DNA from: Tubulanus polymorphus
Taxonomy: Eukaryota; Animalia; Nemertea
Direction: 5' to 3'
Length of the DNA stretch: 64,000 nucleotides
NCBI RefSeq assembly: GCF_964204645.1
Contig: NC_134035.1
Location: 6,593,001-6,657,000 of the forward strand
The notes below the pieces were generated by a model. It did not search any database and had not been told where the DNA came from. It saw nothing but the letters and a program-made list of their open reading frames with translations. This document shows, piece by piece, positions 12,704 to 23,352 of the stretch (position 1 is the first letter of the stretch; each line of letters starts with the position of its first letter). Both the position numbers and the translations under genes were made by a program.

Positions 12704-13306
12704 ATGTCAAAGAAATCTAATAAGAATAGTATTGATATTGAAAAAACATTAGATGATTTGGGTATAAGTGATAATAAAGATACAGTTGTAACTAATTGTG
12801 CTCAAGTTAATTGTAATATAGATTATGAATACTATTTATATTGTAAGCATCATCTAAAACTATTGATTGCCGGTGGAAAAACAAAAGAGTTTTTAAATAG
12901 AATTATTACTTTTCAAGAATTAGATGCTATGAAACCAGATAAAGTAATGAAATATTTTAAGATTCATGAAGAGGCAAGATTAGCCCGAATAAATGATTCT
13001 ATTTCAGATGGTATTGTCAAATGTTATTCTAAGTTATGTAACCAGTTAATACCAATTAATGATGAAAATAAATTATATAGTGATTTCAAAAATGACTACT
13101 TAGTTATGACTGAATTACAAAAATGGGTTGGTTATGCTTCATTTCAATTAGGATCGGTTATGACATTAATTTCTACTGGCGTCATAACATTTTCGAATAT
13201 CAAGCCTATGGAATATAAATCAGGTAAGAACGAAACAGATGTACTACAACCAAACGTCGAAACAGAAAATGAATCAGAACAAAAATTAACTAAAATAAAT
13301 GAGTGA
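12704..13306 (+). CDS. Conserved Polinton protein of unknown function with a hydrophobic C-terminal segment
   Basis: Homologous to 42946-43488 (IEKTLDDLGI, YEYYLYCKH, KNDYLVMTEL). Confidence 0.85.
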   Translation: MSKKSNKNSIDIEKTLDDLGISDNKDTVVTNCAQVNCNIDYEYYLYCKHHLKLLIAGGKTKEFLNRIITFQELDAMKPDKVMKYFKIHEEARLARINDSISDGIVKCYSKLCNQLIPINDENKLYSDFKNDYLVMTELQKWVGYASFQLGSVMTLISTGVITFSNIKPMEYKSGKNETDVLQPNVETENESEQKLTKINE

Positions 13307-13655
13307 TGGAGTTAAGAAAAAGGCTAGATCCGAGAAACAAATTAAATGGGCAAGAGAATTAGGTAAAAGATCTTCATTAAAAAAAGCTAAGAAAAAGAAA
13401 TTAACTGATATAAATGAATCACCTGATATTGATTCAAATAATAATCCATCTAATTCTTCTAATGCTGGAAGTAATTAAAAATTATATATTACAATTGGAT
13501 TAGTAACAGTTATTATATTATCCGGTGTAATATATAAATCAAAATTCAAATCTGATGATAAATATGATTCCAATGACAATAAACCTATCATACCAGAAAA
13601 TAAGTCAAATCATAAAACCATTGAAACTAAATCTAAATTATTATTAATGAATTAA
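13299..13655 (+). pseudogene. Small basic protein with one TM helix, interrupted by a stop
   Basis: TAAATG start; 'KKKARSEKQIKWARELG' matches 'KKKPRSQ*QIEWSRQLG' at ~43520; hydrophobic 'LYITIGLVTVIILSGVIY'. Confidence 0.6.
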
Positions 13656-13661
13656 AATAAG

Positions 13662-14772
13662 ATGAAAAAAGAAGAATATTTAAGAGAGTTATATAATAAC
13701 CCAGAAAGTGAAGTATCATATTCTAACGTTACAGAATTATGGAATAAAATTAAATCTGATAATGAAAATGGTGATGGTGCCGTATGGCACCCACATGGTG
13801 GTATAAGATATAGTGAATTAAAATCATGGTTACAAAATCAACCAACATATCAAATACACAAGAAAATGGATAAAACTTATTTAACAAGAAAGGTTATGGT
13901 TTCATATATTGATCAACAATGGCAAGCTGATTTAATTGACATGAAGAACTTAGAGGAATACAACAAAGGATATTTCTGGATATTAAATGTTATAGATATA
14001 TTCAGTAGATACGCATGGTCAATTCCAATCAAAAATATAACTGGTATAGAAGTGACAAATGCTTTTAAATCAATATTTAAAGAAGCTATTCCAGATAAGA
14101 TACAATTTGATGAAGGTAAGGAATTTTATAACAAACATTTCAAAAAACTATTATCTGATAACGATGTAGATTATTTTTCAACACATTCAGATAAAAAAGC
14201 ATCTATTATAGAAAGATTTAATAAAACATTGAAAACTAGAATGTGGAAATATTTTACTGCTAATGAAACATATAAATATATCAATGTGTTAGATGATTTA
14301 GTGAAAGGTTATAATAATTCTAAACAAGTTCTATAAATATGAAACCTATAGAAGCTAGAAAAGAAGATAATTCGGAAATAGTATGGAATAATTTATATGG
14401 AGCGTTTGTAACACATAATTTCGGTGAACCTAAATTTAAAATTGGACAACACGTAAGAATATCTAAATATGGAAAAATATTTTATAAAGGTTATACCCCT
14501 AATTTTACAGAAGAAATATTCAAGATTAAAAAGATAATATAAACTAAACCATTTGTTTATAAATTAGAAGATTTAAAAGATGAAGAAATATTAGGTTATT
14601 TCTATGAACAAGAATTATCACTTGTACCAAATCCAGATGAAATAGAATACAAAATAGAAAAAGTATTGAAAACAAAAACCCTTAAAGGAAAAAAGTATTC
14701 TTTGGTGAAATATAAAGGATATGATGATAAATTTAATGAATGGATTTTATCTAGTAAAATTAAAAGAATAAA
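13662..14772 (+). pseudogene. int: Polinton retroviral-like (rve, DDE) integrase with C-terminal chromodomain; disrupted
   Basis: WQADLIDM, VIDIFSRYAW, QFDEGKEF, IERFNKTLK; tail 'EYKIEKVLK...LVKYKGYDDKFNEWI'; split at ~14336 and ~14542. Confidence 0.93.
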
Positions 14773-15383
14773 TGAATAAAGATTTATTTATATTTGAACC
14801 GGATAATATGTTAGTTACTGGAGTAACCAATTGTGGTAAAACACATTTCATATTAGATTTGTTAGAAACTGTTTATAAGAATCATTTTGATAATATAATA
14901 TTATTCTGTCCTACTTATGAAATGAATAAAACATATAATAGAGATATAGTTAAGATGAAAAAGTTTATTATATTAGATCCTAAAACAGTAAAAGAAAATT
15001 TAGATAATTGTATAAAAATAGCAATTGATACTTATAAAGGATCAAATACATTATTCATCGTAGATGATTGCGCAAATTTACATGATTCAAAAGTGAGAGA
15101 AAGTGAGTTATGTTATTTAGCTTTCTCTGGGAGACATTTTGGGATAACAACATGGGTTTTAAATCAAAAATATAATTCAATTGTTAAAGACTTTAGGGAG
15201 AATATAAGATTTCTAGTTTTATTTTATAACAAAGATAAAAAATCTATGCAACAATCATTGGAAGAAAATCAAATTATACCTACTGAGTTACATGATGAAT
15301 ATATGAATAAATTAAAGAATAATAAAGGTTCAAAATTATTACTGAGATTACAATTTCCCTATGAATATAAATTTATAAAATAA
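14772..15383 (+). CDS. DNA packaging ATPase (A32/FtsK-HerA family)
   Basis: Walker A GVTNCGKT, Walker B FIVDD, GRH arginine finger and downstream Q; homolog at 42033-42641. Confidence 0.93.
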   Translation: MNKDLFIFEPDNMLVTGVTNCGKTHFILDLLETVYKNHFDNIILFCPTYEMNKTYNRDIVKMKKFIILDPKTVKENLDNCIKIAIDTYKGSNTLFIVDDCANLHDSKVRESELCYLAFSGRHFGITTWVLNQKYNSIVKDFRENIRFLVLFYNKDKKSMQQSLEENQIIPTELHDEYMNKLKNNKGSKLLLRLQFPYEYKFIK

Positions 15384-15750
15384 CTATTTGTATATCTATG
15401 TATTAGATACCCTATTAGATACCCTAATACCTGATGCCCTATTAGATACCCTATTAGATACCTTAAATACTTAAAACCCCCTTTTTTAAAATTAATATTA
15501 TTTATACAATTTTCAACCAGTTTATTTTTATTTTTTCAACTAATATATGAATAAGTTTGAAAATAATAAAGGTTATTTATTATTACTGAGGTTTCAATTT
15601 CCATATGAATATAAGTTTATAAAATAAGATATTTTATGTATTAGATTGTATTAGATATGTATTAGATATGTATTAGATACCTTAAATACCTTAAATACTT
15701 AAAAGCCCCTTTTTTATTTACTATTATTTTTACAATTTTCAACCTTTATT
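15297..15750. repeat. ~240-bp tandem duplication of the ATPase 3' end plus TATTAGATACCC micro-repeats
   Basis: 'aatatatgaataa...tttataaaataa' at ~15297 and ~15542, each followed by tattagata repeats and 'aaatacttaaaa.cccc.tttttt'. Confidence 0.75.
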
Positions 15751-15778
15751 ATTATTTGAGTTAAATATAATTAATATC

Positions 15779-16662
15779 TTAATCACTTTCACTATCAGAC
15801 CCTAACAATCTATTCAATTTCTCTACCGAATCTTCTTCTAATTCTTCATTATTTTTATACTTATTCTTCACCCTTTTTACCGCATCATCAATAGTTGTTT
15901 CATTGTTATGCTTATTCATCCAATCAAATTTATCATTATTTTCTACTTTATGTTTCATAGAATCTTTAATATCAATATGCTTATCTGTAACTATATCTTC
16001 ATTATTATCTTTATTAGTGTTTGCTCCTAATATTTCATTCACAGTGTTTGATCCTAATAAATCTTTATTATTAGCATCGGTTAAATCTAATTCATCTTTA
16101 TTAGGTGTTGCTAATAATAAATCTTTATATAATTCTTTACCATTTACTTTTTGATTTGAAACAAACTTATCAAAACATATCTAAATGGGTGTTCTAAAAA
16201 TTCTTTTAAACCAACACGATCTATTACATTAGTAATATGTAAATTTGTATTCATATGTTTATTCCAATTTGATGTAGCGTTTGAATATTCACCTTTACAA
16301 TATCCACAATAATTTCTATTTTCACTAACATTTAATATTATTTCATTATTTGATGTAGAGGGTATTACATTATTAGATGTAGAAGGTATTACATTATTAG
16401 ATGTAGTAGGTATTACTCTATTAGATGTAGTAGGTATTACATTATTAGATGTAGAAGGTATTACATTATTATCAATTACATTACTTAAATTATCAACGAC
16501 ACCACTTTTATCATTATCGATTTCTATTAGTTTAGTTTTATAAATTTTGAAAATAGGATCAAATATCAAAGCTATATTACAAGGTATTTCATAATATAAA
16601 CCATCATTATTTTCATGTGTATCGATGTATGGAATATGTTTATATACTTTACCTCCTTCCAT
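15779..16662 (-). pseudogene. Element 1-specific protein with 8-aa repeats (NNVIPSTS), a C2H2 zinc finger and acidic tail; probably one gene with a frameshift at ~16146
   Basis: ORF 16144-16662 continues in another frame (NGKELYKDLLL...) into ORF 15779-16042; YCGYC...HMNTNLH finger. Confidence 0.65.
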
Positions 16663-16694
16663 TTATTATATAAATTTTTATTAAAGTTAAAATT

Positions 16695-17940
16695 TTAATA
16701 CATAACACTATTCAATTGAGAATTTACAATATTTAATTGCGCGTCAGATATAATATAAATGTGCATTTTAAAATTTTTGATTCCTTTATTCTTTGTCATG
16801 AATAATTGTATTCCATCTTCAGTGTTCTGTAGTTTTTTTCCAGAACCATGTAATGAATTATCCTCTGTTGTTCTAAAATCTAACCATAATGCGTATTTAT
16901 TACCGGTATAATAATCAATTTGATTAATGTTACAATTTTCAGATGATTTTACTTTTTCATTCATAAAAAGTTTTCTAATTTCTGGCCATTGATCTATCAT
17001 TCTCATTCCTTGACAAAATATGTTATTTGCTATTCCTTCGATAGTTATTTCTACTTTTGTTATTTCAGGATTATAATAATTATCAACATTTATTGCGCCA
17101 TTTGTATATGTTGCATTGGTAAAAAATATTAATATACTTTTAATAGATCTTCTTGGGAAGTTAATATTCTCATTAATAATTTCATCATTTGCATTAATAG
17201 TTACAGTTTTAAATTTATCAATATAATCATATAATAATGAAAATCCTTGATTGTATTTAGTTTGAATTATACTTGAAATATTTTCATCAGTTACTGTATC
17301 ATATTCTAAACATATATTCGATAATTTATAACTCATATCTTTATTAACGCTAGATATTACAATTTCATTAACAGGAGCAAATGTTATTTCGAATATAACG
17401 TCTTCTTGAATTGCGTATTTATATAAAGGCGCATTGTTATTTATCAATTCAAAGTCTAATGGAATTTTATATTTGCTTCCATATATACTTTTTATCAATT
17501 TATCTATAGCATTAGTTAATATTGCATTATGTGCTTCTGATCTTAATTTATTTTGGTTTTCTGATTGGATTCCTTGAAATATCATATTATTTGTAAGTTT
17601 CAGTTAACCATAAATCTTTATAATGCATAAATAAATTATAATCATCTAATGAGAAAACTGTTTCTGGACCAATCTTTATAGTTTATTTTTTAATCAAATA
17701 TCTCCCAACATTATCGACAACATAATTATTATTATTACCGATTACTTTTATATCGGCTGATAAATAAATACTATTTGGAACATAAAAAGTATTTTGTGTT
17801 AATCGAGGGATTCTAACATATAAAGTTTCATCAGGATTAATATTAGAAGGGTTATGAGTAATTATATGATGTGATCTTTCTGCTTTAATAGCATTAGATA
17901 TTCTATGATTCTTAGAAGGATTGATATAACTCCCACTCAT
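16695..17940 (-). pseudogene. Putative major capsid protein (double jelly-roll), frameshifted
   Basis: ORFs 17683-17940 + 16695-17585 give ~410 aa, beta-rich (IPLDFEL, LSNICLEYD, KVEITIEG, LWLDFR); size and context fit a Polinton MCP; near-identical copy in element 2. Confidence 0.75.
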
Positions 17941-19403
17941 TTATTTAACAAAAAAATTAAACATTTATTTTTTATCATGTTTACTAAACCAAAAATAATA
18001 GCACTTACAACTGTAATTAAAAATAAAATAATATGTTCAGCAGCAAAGTTAATAATGTTTCCTGCAGATTTCAATATAAAACCAACAATTGATGCAATAA
18101 CTCCTGGCAATGCTGCAGCAGATCTTTTAGATAGTTCCCATAAATATTTTGCTAATTTCTTTAAACCATCCTTAACTTTATCTTGTATAGAATTATTATC
18201 ATTCGGGGGTTTATCTGGTTTATTGGGAGTAGGAGTGGATTTCAAAGCATTTGATATTGCTAAACCAATTGTTGTAAATAACATAGTTACAGCTGTTAGA
18301 ATTGAAAGAATTGTTATTCCTTCTAACATAAATAATAATTTTATTCTATCTTTCAATGATATTTCAGAATTTGGTTTTATCAACAAATCTTTAAAAATAA
18401 CTTTTAATCTATTAATATTAAATTCATATGATTTTAATAATGATTTAATTACTTCTTTTTGTACTTCTAAATTATCTTTTAAATTATTAATTTCTTTTTC
18501 TAAACGTAATTCTTTTTTCCTATATTCTATTTCATCAATTACTTGACGATCAAGATCAGACTTTAGTTGTTCTATCTCTTTATTTTTATCAGTTAATTCT
18601 TTTTCTAAAGTACTAATTTTAATATCTCTTATACTTTTATTATGTGCAATTTTATCAGCTTCATTTCTTATACTAATAATTTCTCTAATTGCTTCATCAG
18701 ACAATATATTTAAATCTTCTAATTCTTGATCTGTTGCATCAAGTAATCCATTTGGTAAAAGTTTTTCAGTTTGAACTCTTCTTGATTTAGGTTTACTAGT
18801 TTTGGAATTAATAACTTCTTTAGTAATTGTTTCTGGTTCTAAATTTTCATTAATTATCTTCAAAAAATAATCATTTCTTTGTTTAAATTCTTTTATATTA
18901 TCATCTCTTTTTTCTTGTTGTAACATCAGTTATAACATCATTAATGATTTTCTTAATTCTAGATTGTTTTAATAAATTAAAAGTTGATTGTGTTATTATT
19001 TTATCGTTACTGTTAAGATTTGAAATCTTAAAATAATTGCCTTTCAATTTCCAATAATAATCGCCATTTAAATATTTCAAATCTTCTACTAAATAATCCA
19101 TACCTTTATTTGTTATATCGAAACCAGATCTTTTTAACATTGGTTTAAAATCACTAGCAATTTCATTATATTTTAATTTTCTTTTTCTAATTCTGGTACT
19201 TCATTTTGAATATATATTCTCGATTTAGCTCCTCTAATATATTCATCTGTTGATGGGGTTTCAGAACCAGGAACAACTTCTGGTAAATTAGTATTATAAT
19301 CTGGCTCATTATCATCATTAAAACTTGCTTCATCAAAATCAGGTTGTTGTTCATCACTTATACCGGGTTCATATAAAGGATCTACTCCACCTTCTACATC
19401 CAT
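17937..19403 (-). pseudogene. Coiled-coil protein with C-terminal transmembrane helices, two frameshifts
   Basis: ORFs 19173-19403, 18901-19140 and 17937-18926 together match the continuous ORF 38070-39452. Confidence 0.85.
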
Positions 19404-19419
19404 TTATATAATAAAAAAA

Positions 19420-20742
19420 TCAAAATTTTAAATATAATATTCCTCCGATTACAATTCCTATACAAGTTAAAGCTAATTTAGTATTTTCATGGGATTTATT
19501 ATCATCATTTAGTTTAATTATTTCATGTTGAATATTATCAGTTTTATATTTTCTGTAGTATTGTAATCTTTTATTTTAGAATCATTATTTAATTTAATAT
19601 TCTTAGTTTTAGTTTCTGTTGATTGAATGTGTTTTTTATTTTTTTCACCTTCCATTAATTTTGGAGCAGTAATAATCTTTTTATTTATATCATTTAATCC
19701 AAATGAATTATTATTGTTGCAGTTTTAATTAGATTATTATAACCAATTATGTTTCCCATCTTTAATACTAAATCATTAGAAATAACAAATAGATTAGGGC
19801 CTATACAATAATTTAATCTAATATGTGATCTATCTAAATAATTTTGATATCTTACAATGTTTTCTGGAATCGATCTATTTTATCATTATGAATTGAATCT
19901 TCAAATAATACTTTGAATTGTTTCTGCGCATCGAATGAAGTGTTATCATTTCTAATTATTGGGGATCTTGTTTCAACTTTCGCGCCTAAAATACATATCA
20001 AATAAGTTCTAATAGATTGATTTATTCTTTGTATACCAGCTTTAGTAAAACCTTCACTATTTTCTAAAATGAAATTAACCCAACCATTATTGTTTTGTTG
20101 TTGTATATTATTATAATATTTTGGTAATTCATTCCAATTTAGTGTTCTTATATCTGAATTTGTCATTATTTTTCCAAATTCCTTAGTATACAATATTCCT
20201 AATCCACCCATTGTTCCAATTTTTGCTCTAAAATCTTTATTTGAATCAATATTAAATTCATAACATATTTTATAAAACTTAGAAAAATTAATATTATTAT
20301 TCAATTCTTTAAAATATTTTGAACCTGGTAAAGGACATTCTAATTCATCTAATATTAATTTTATTTGAAAATATGTATGAAATCTAAAAAGTGATAACAT
20401 CAATGGTAAACTTGGTTTGTTTAAATGATCATTCCAACTAATTCCGCATCCTGTTGTTGCGCAATAAACAGCAAAATTTAATTGGTTCTGCCAATACTTC
20501 ATATTAGATTTTATTAACCATTGTTTTGCCTCATTTAAATTTTTAAATTTAATTTCATAAACATTGAATATATTTTCCATCTTTACATGAAAATTATTAC
20601 TTTCAGTAACATAAATATATAAATCAATTAATGAATCTAAAACTTCATTTCTATATGTAATATCTTTATTAAAATCTATTGCAGGAATATTATATTTAAT
20701 TGATTTATTATATTGGAAAGCTTTTGGAAAACTATCTGCCAT
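19420..20742 (-). pseudogene. Conserved Polinton protein (WQNQLNFAVYCATTGCGIS) with C-terminal TM anchor, frameshifted
   Basis: ORF 19852-20742 plus broken tail ending 'NLALTCIGIVIGGILY'; both ends match 37418-38053. Confidence 0.8.
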
Positions 20743-20758
20743 TTATATAATTAAAAAA

Positions 20759-21184
20759 TTAATAATTTATTAATTCTTTTAATAATTTATCTTGTTCTTC
20801 AACTGTTATATGACCATTTAAACTTATTATATAATCTAGTGTATTCTTTAATTTATTAATTTCTTTTATATTAATTTTAATTTTTTGTTTATTACTTTTT
20901 ATATTTAATTTTGAACTTATATCAGTTAAAACACTTGAACTTAATCCTAATACACCAATTGATATAGCTAAAGGTGTTAATGGTGAAAATATTGCTAGAA
21001 ATGTTATTACAGAACTAATTGTAACCGAACCACTAATAATCAAATAATATATAATTTTACTTTTTAAATATTTTTTCTTTTTTATCTTTAAGTCACTTTC
21101 AAATTCTAATATTTGTTTTTCTAAATATGTTTTTAATTTAGTTTTATTTATATCATGAGGAATAATATCAATATTATCATCCAT
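20759..21184 (-). CDS. Small two-TM membrane protein
   Basis: Hydrophobic hairpin IIYYLIISGSVTISSVITFLAIFSPLTPLAISIGVLGLSS; homolog 36978-37401. Confidence 0.85.
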   Translation of the reverse strand: MDDNIDIIPHDINKTKLKTYLEKQILEFESDLKIKKKKYLKSKIIYYLIISGSVTISSVITFLAIFSPLTPLAISIGVLGLSSSVLTDISSKLNIKSNKQKIKINIKEINKLKNTLDYIISLNGHITVEEQDKLLKELINY

Positions 21185-21204
21185 TTATTTAGCAAAAAAA
21201 ATTA

Positions 21205-21625
21205 CTAATTAGTAAACTTATAAGCAACAAATATAACAATAACTGTTCCACCTAAAATCCAAATTATTTCATATTTCTGTTGTTCATTACTTGGGGTATA
21301 ATAATCTGATAATTTAGGTTTGTATAGATGTAATTTTTCTTTATTTGTTACCGCGTTATATAAACTCATTGCATCATCAGCTGATTGAAAATCTCTGTAA
21401 AATCTTCTGATCATATAATTCTTTATTGATGTAATCCATATAGTTTTGTCGTTTTTCTCTGTATTCTTCTGCTGCTTTATTGTATTTTTCTAATGCTAAG
21501 TTATGTCTTTTTTGTTCTGTTAATGATCCATTTTTATCAATATGCTTGAATAAATAACCGCCACCAGTAAATGCTAAAGCGTTAACAATTGCCGATCCTA
21601 TAATAGTTATAACTGCAGAAGCCAT
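21205..21625 (-). pseudogene. Small protein with N- and C-terminal hydrophobic helices, frameshifted
   Basis: ORFs 21377-21625 + 21205-21414; homolog 36534-36957. Confidence 0.8.
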
Positions 21626-21876
21626 TTATTTAGTAAAATAATTATGCATTTATATAGGAGGAATATATTTTTGTTTTGTTTTTCCAAATAATCAATAGTT
21701 AAACTAGATAAAGTAACTGCTAATGTTAATTTTAAAATATCATTGATATCAAATCTATCAACATTAACACTTCCCATTTTGAATACTTTTTTTAATACCA
21801 TTGAATAACCAACAGTTCCAACTGATAGTAATGCTCCATTATATAATCCAGTTATTATCCACTTATTATCACTCAT
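21607..21876 (-). CDS. Small hydrophobic protein (true stop probably near 21650)
   Basis: TAAATG start; homolog 36289-36509. Confidence 0.7.
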   Translation of the reverse strand: MSDNKWIITGLYNGALLSVGTVGYSMVLKKVFKMGSVNVDRFDINDILKLTLAVTLSSLTIDYLEKQNKNIFLLYKCIIILLNKWLLQL

Positions 21877-21879
21877 TTA

Positions 21880-22234
21880 TTTATCAAAAAAATTACTATC
21901 ATCAAAATATTTAGTTAACTTATTTATGATTAATTCAACATTTATTTCATTACTAGTTTCATTTGTATATATTTCAATTATTATTTTTTTTAATATCATC
22001 GATGATAAAATCTTCATCTAATTCATAAAATCTTAAAGATCTTCTAATTAAATTAGTAATCTTTTCTACATTTAAAGTTTCTTTATCTATTGTTTTTTCA
22101 TACTCAAATGTTGTTTCATTAGAAAATGCAATATTTTTGATATGTGTAATTACATCATTAATGTTAAATTTCATTTCTTTCTCACGTTTAAAATCAAACC
22201 CAAAGCATATACTCGGTCCAACAGTTATATTCAT
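21880..22234 (-). pseudogene. Small hypothetical protein, frameshifted
   Basis: ORF 21974-22234; homolog 35928-36284. Confidence 0.65.
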
Positions 22235-22249
22235 TTATATAATGAAAAA

Positions 22250-22952
22250 TTACTCTCTACATCTTATAACTAATTCATATATCACAGGAAAGTTATTTAA
22301 ATCAATTAAGTATCCATTATGATTTCTTATTTCTATAATTTATTTGCGTTCCAAATTGTTTAACATTCTTTAATGGTAAAATATTTAATATACTAGAATT
22401 ACAAATTGCATCTTTAGTTGCTTCAAATGTTTTTGTAGGATCAATTAAATTGCAATAAATATAAAAGTGTGTAAAAGGTATTAAGTTTGGTGTAGCATCA
22501 GCATTGCGTATCCTTACATCTGGGGTTATTCCTAAAATTTTAGCTAAAGGTTTTTTAACTAGAAATTGATGTTGATCTTCATTACCTAATTTTATTCTTA
22601 TTTTATCGGAGCTATCACTTTTAATCAGTCTTAATCCAAATCCAGCAGATGCACCCATTTTCAACCGAGCTCTTCTATTAATTTCCTGCGCTAATGTATC
22701 TAAATTATATAATCCTGGTTTAAGGTAAAGATGAAACCATTCACTTTTATTTCTATCATGAATTAAAAAGACTCTATGTTCAATAGTTTTATCCGATATA
22801 TTGTAAAAAGAATTACATAAACTTATATTTACTAATTTTAAATCTACACAATTCTTGAATTCTCTATCTAATTGTACTAGTAAATTATGAGATTTATAAT
22901 TTGTAAGTTTTCTAGAATCAACAAATATTCTGTATTCTTTTAATTCCGCCAT
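22250..22952 (-). pseudogene. Putative minor capsid (penton) protein with a small 3' deletion
   Basis: 'IFVDSR..ISLCNSFYNI..PGLYN...L...IN..FYIYCNLI..ILNILP..G..INY' pattern resembles Polinton/PLV pentons; lacks 'NLTECDFKPCIPQFNNFKL' seen in element 2. Confidence 0.7.
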
Positions 22953-22969
22953 TTATTTTACATATTTTC

Positions 22970-23323
22970 TTATTCGAAATCTATTTCATGGTGCCCTTTT
23001 GCATTCTTACCTTTGTATACGAAATAGAAATCTCCAGAACATAATTCTTCCAAGTCTTCACTTGATAATCTATGAAATCTATCTGGTAAATATGTTCTGA
23101 ATTTATATGTATTTCCTTTTAATCCTTCATATTCTAAGTGTATAAATAATTTATTTCCATATTTGTTAGTAACTGTATCAATATTTGTAATTAGATATTT
23201 CTTATGGATTGTTAATTCTGTTAACTTCTTAAATTTATAATCTACAGATTTTACATTTGTAGTATCTTTTATTCTATCTAGAAATAATTTGTTGTTCTCA
23301 CTGTGTGTTTGTTTACTCTCCAT
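22970..23323 (-). CDS. Small hypothetical protein, possibly OB-fold nucleic-acid binding
   Basis: Intact ORF; 'KKL.E....KYG.K....LPD....GKN..GHH' shared with 44002-44328; fold is inference. Confidence 0.7.
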   Translation of the reverse strand: MESKQTHSENNKLFLDRIKDTTNVKSVDYKFKKLTELTIHKKYLITNIDTVTNKYGNKLFIHLEYEGLKGNTYKFRTYLPDRFHRLSSEDLEELCSGDFYFVYKGKNAKGHHEIDFE

Positions 23324-23352
23324 TTATAATACATAGTTTTATTAAAATTTGA

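Noticed and set aside
17905-18546. Antisense ORFs conserved in both elements (17905-18546 plus, 39035-39463 minus)
   Set aside because: Shadows of the near-identical membrane-protein gene on the opposite strand; no TAAATG start
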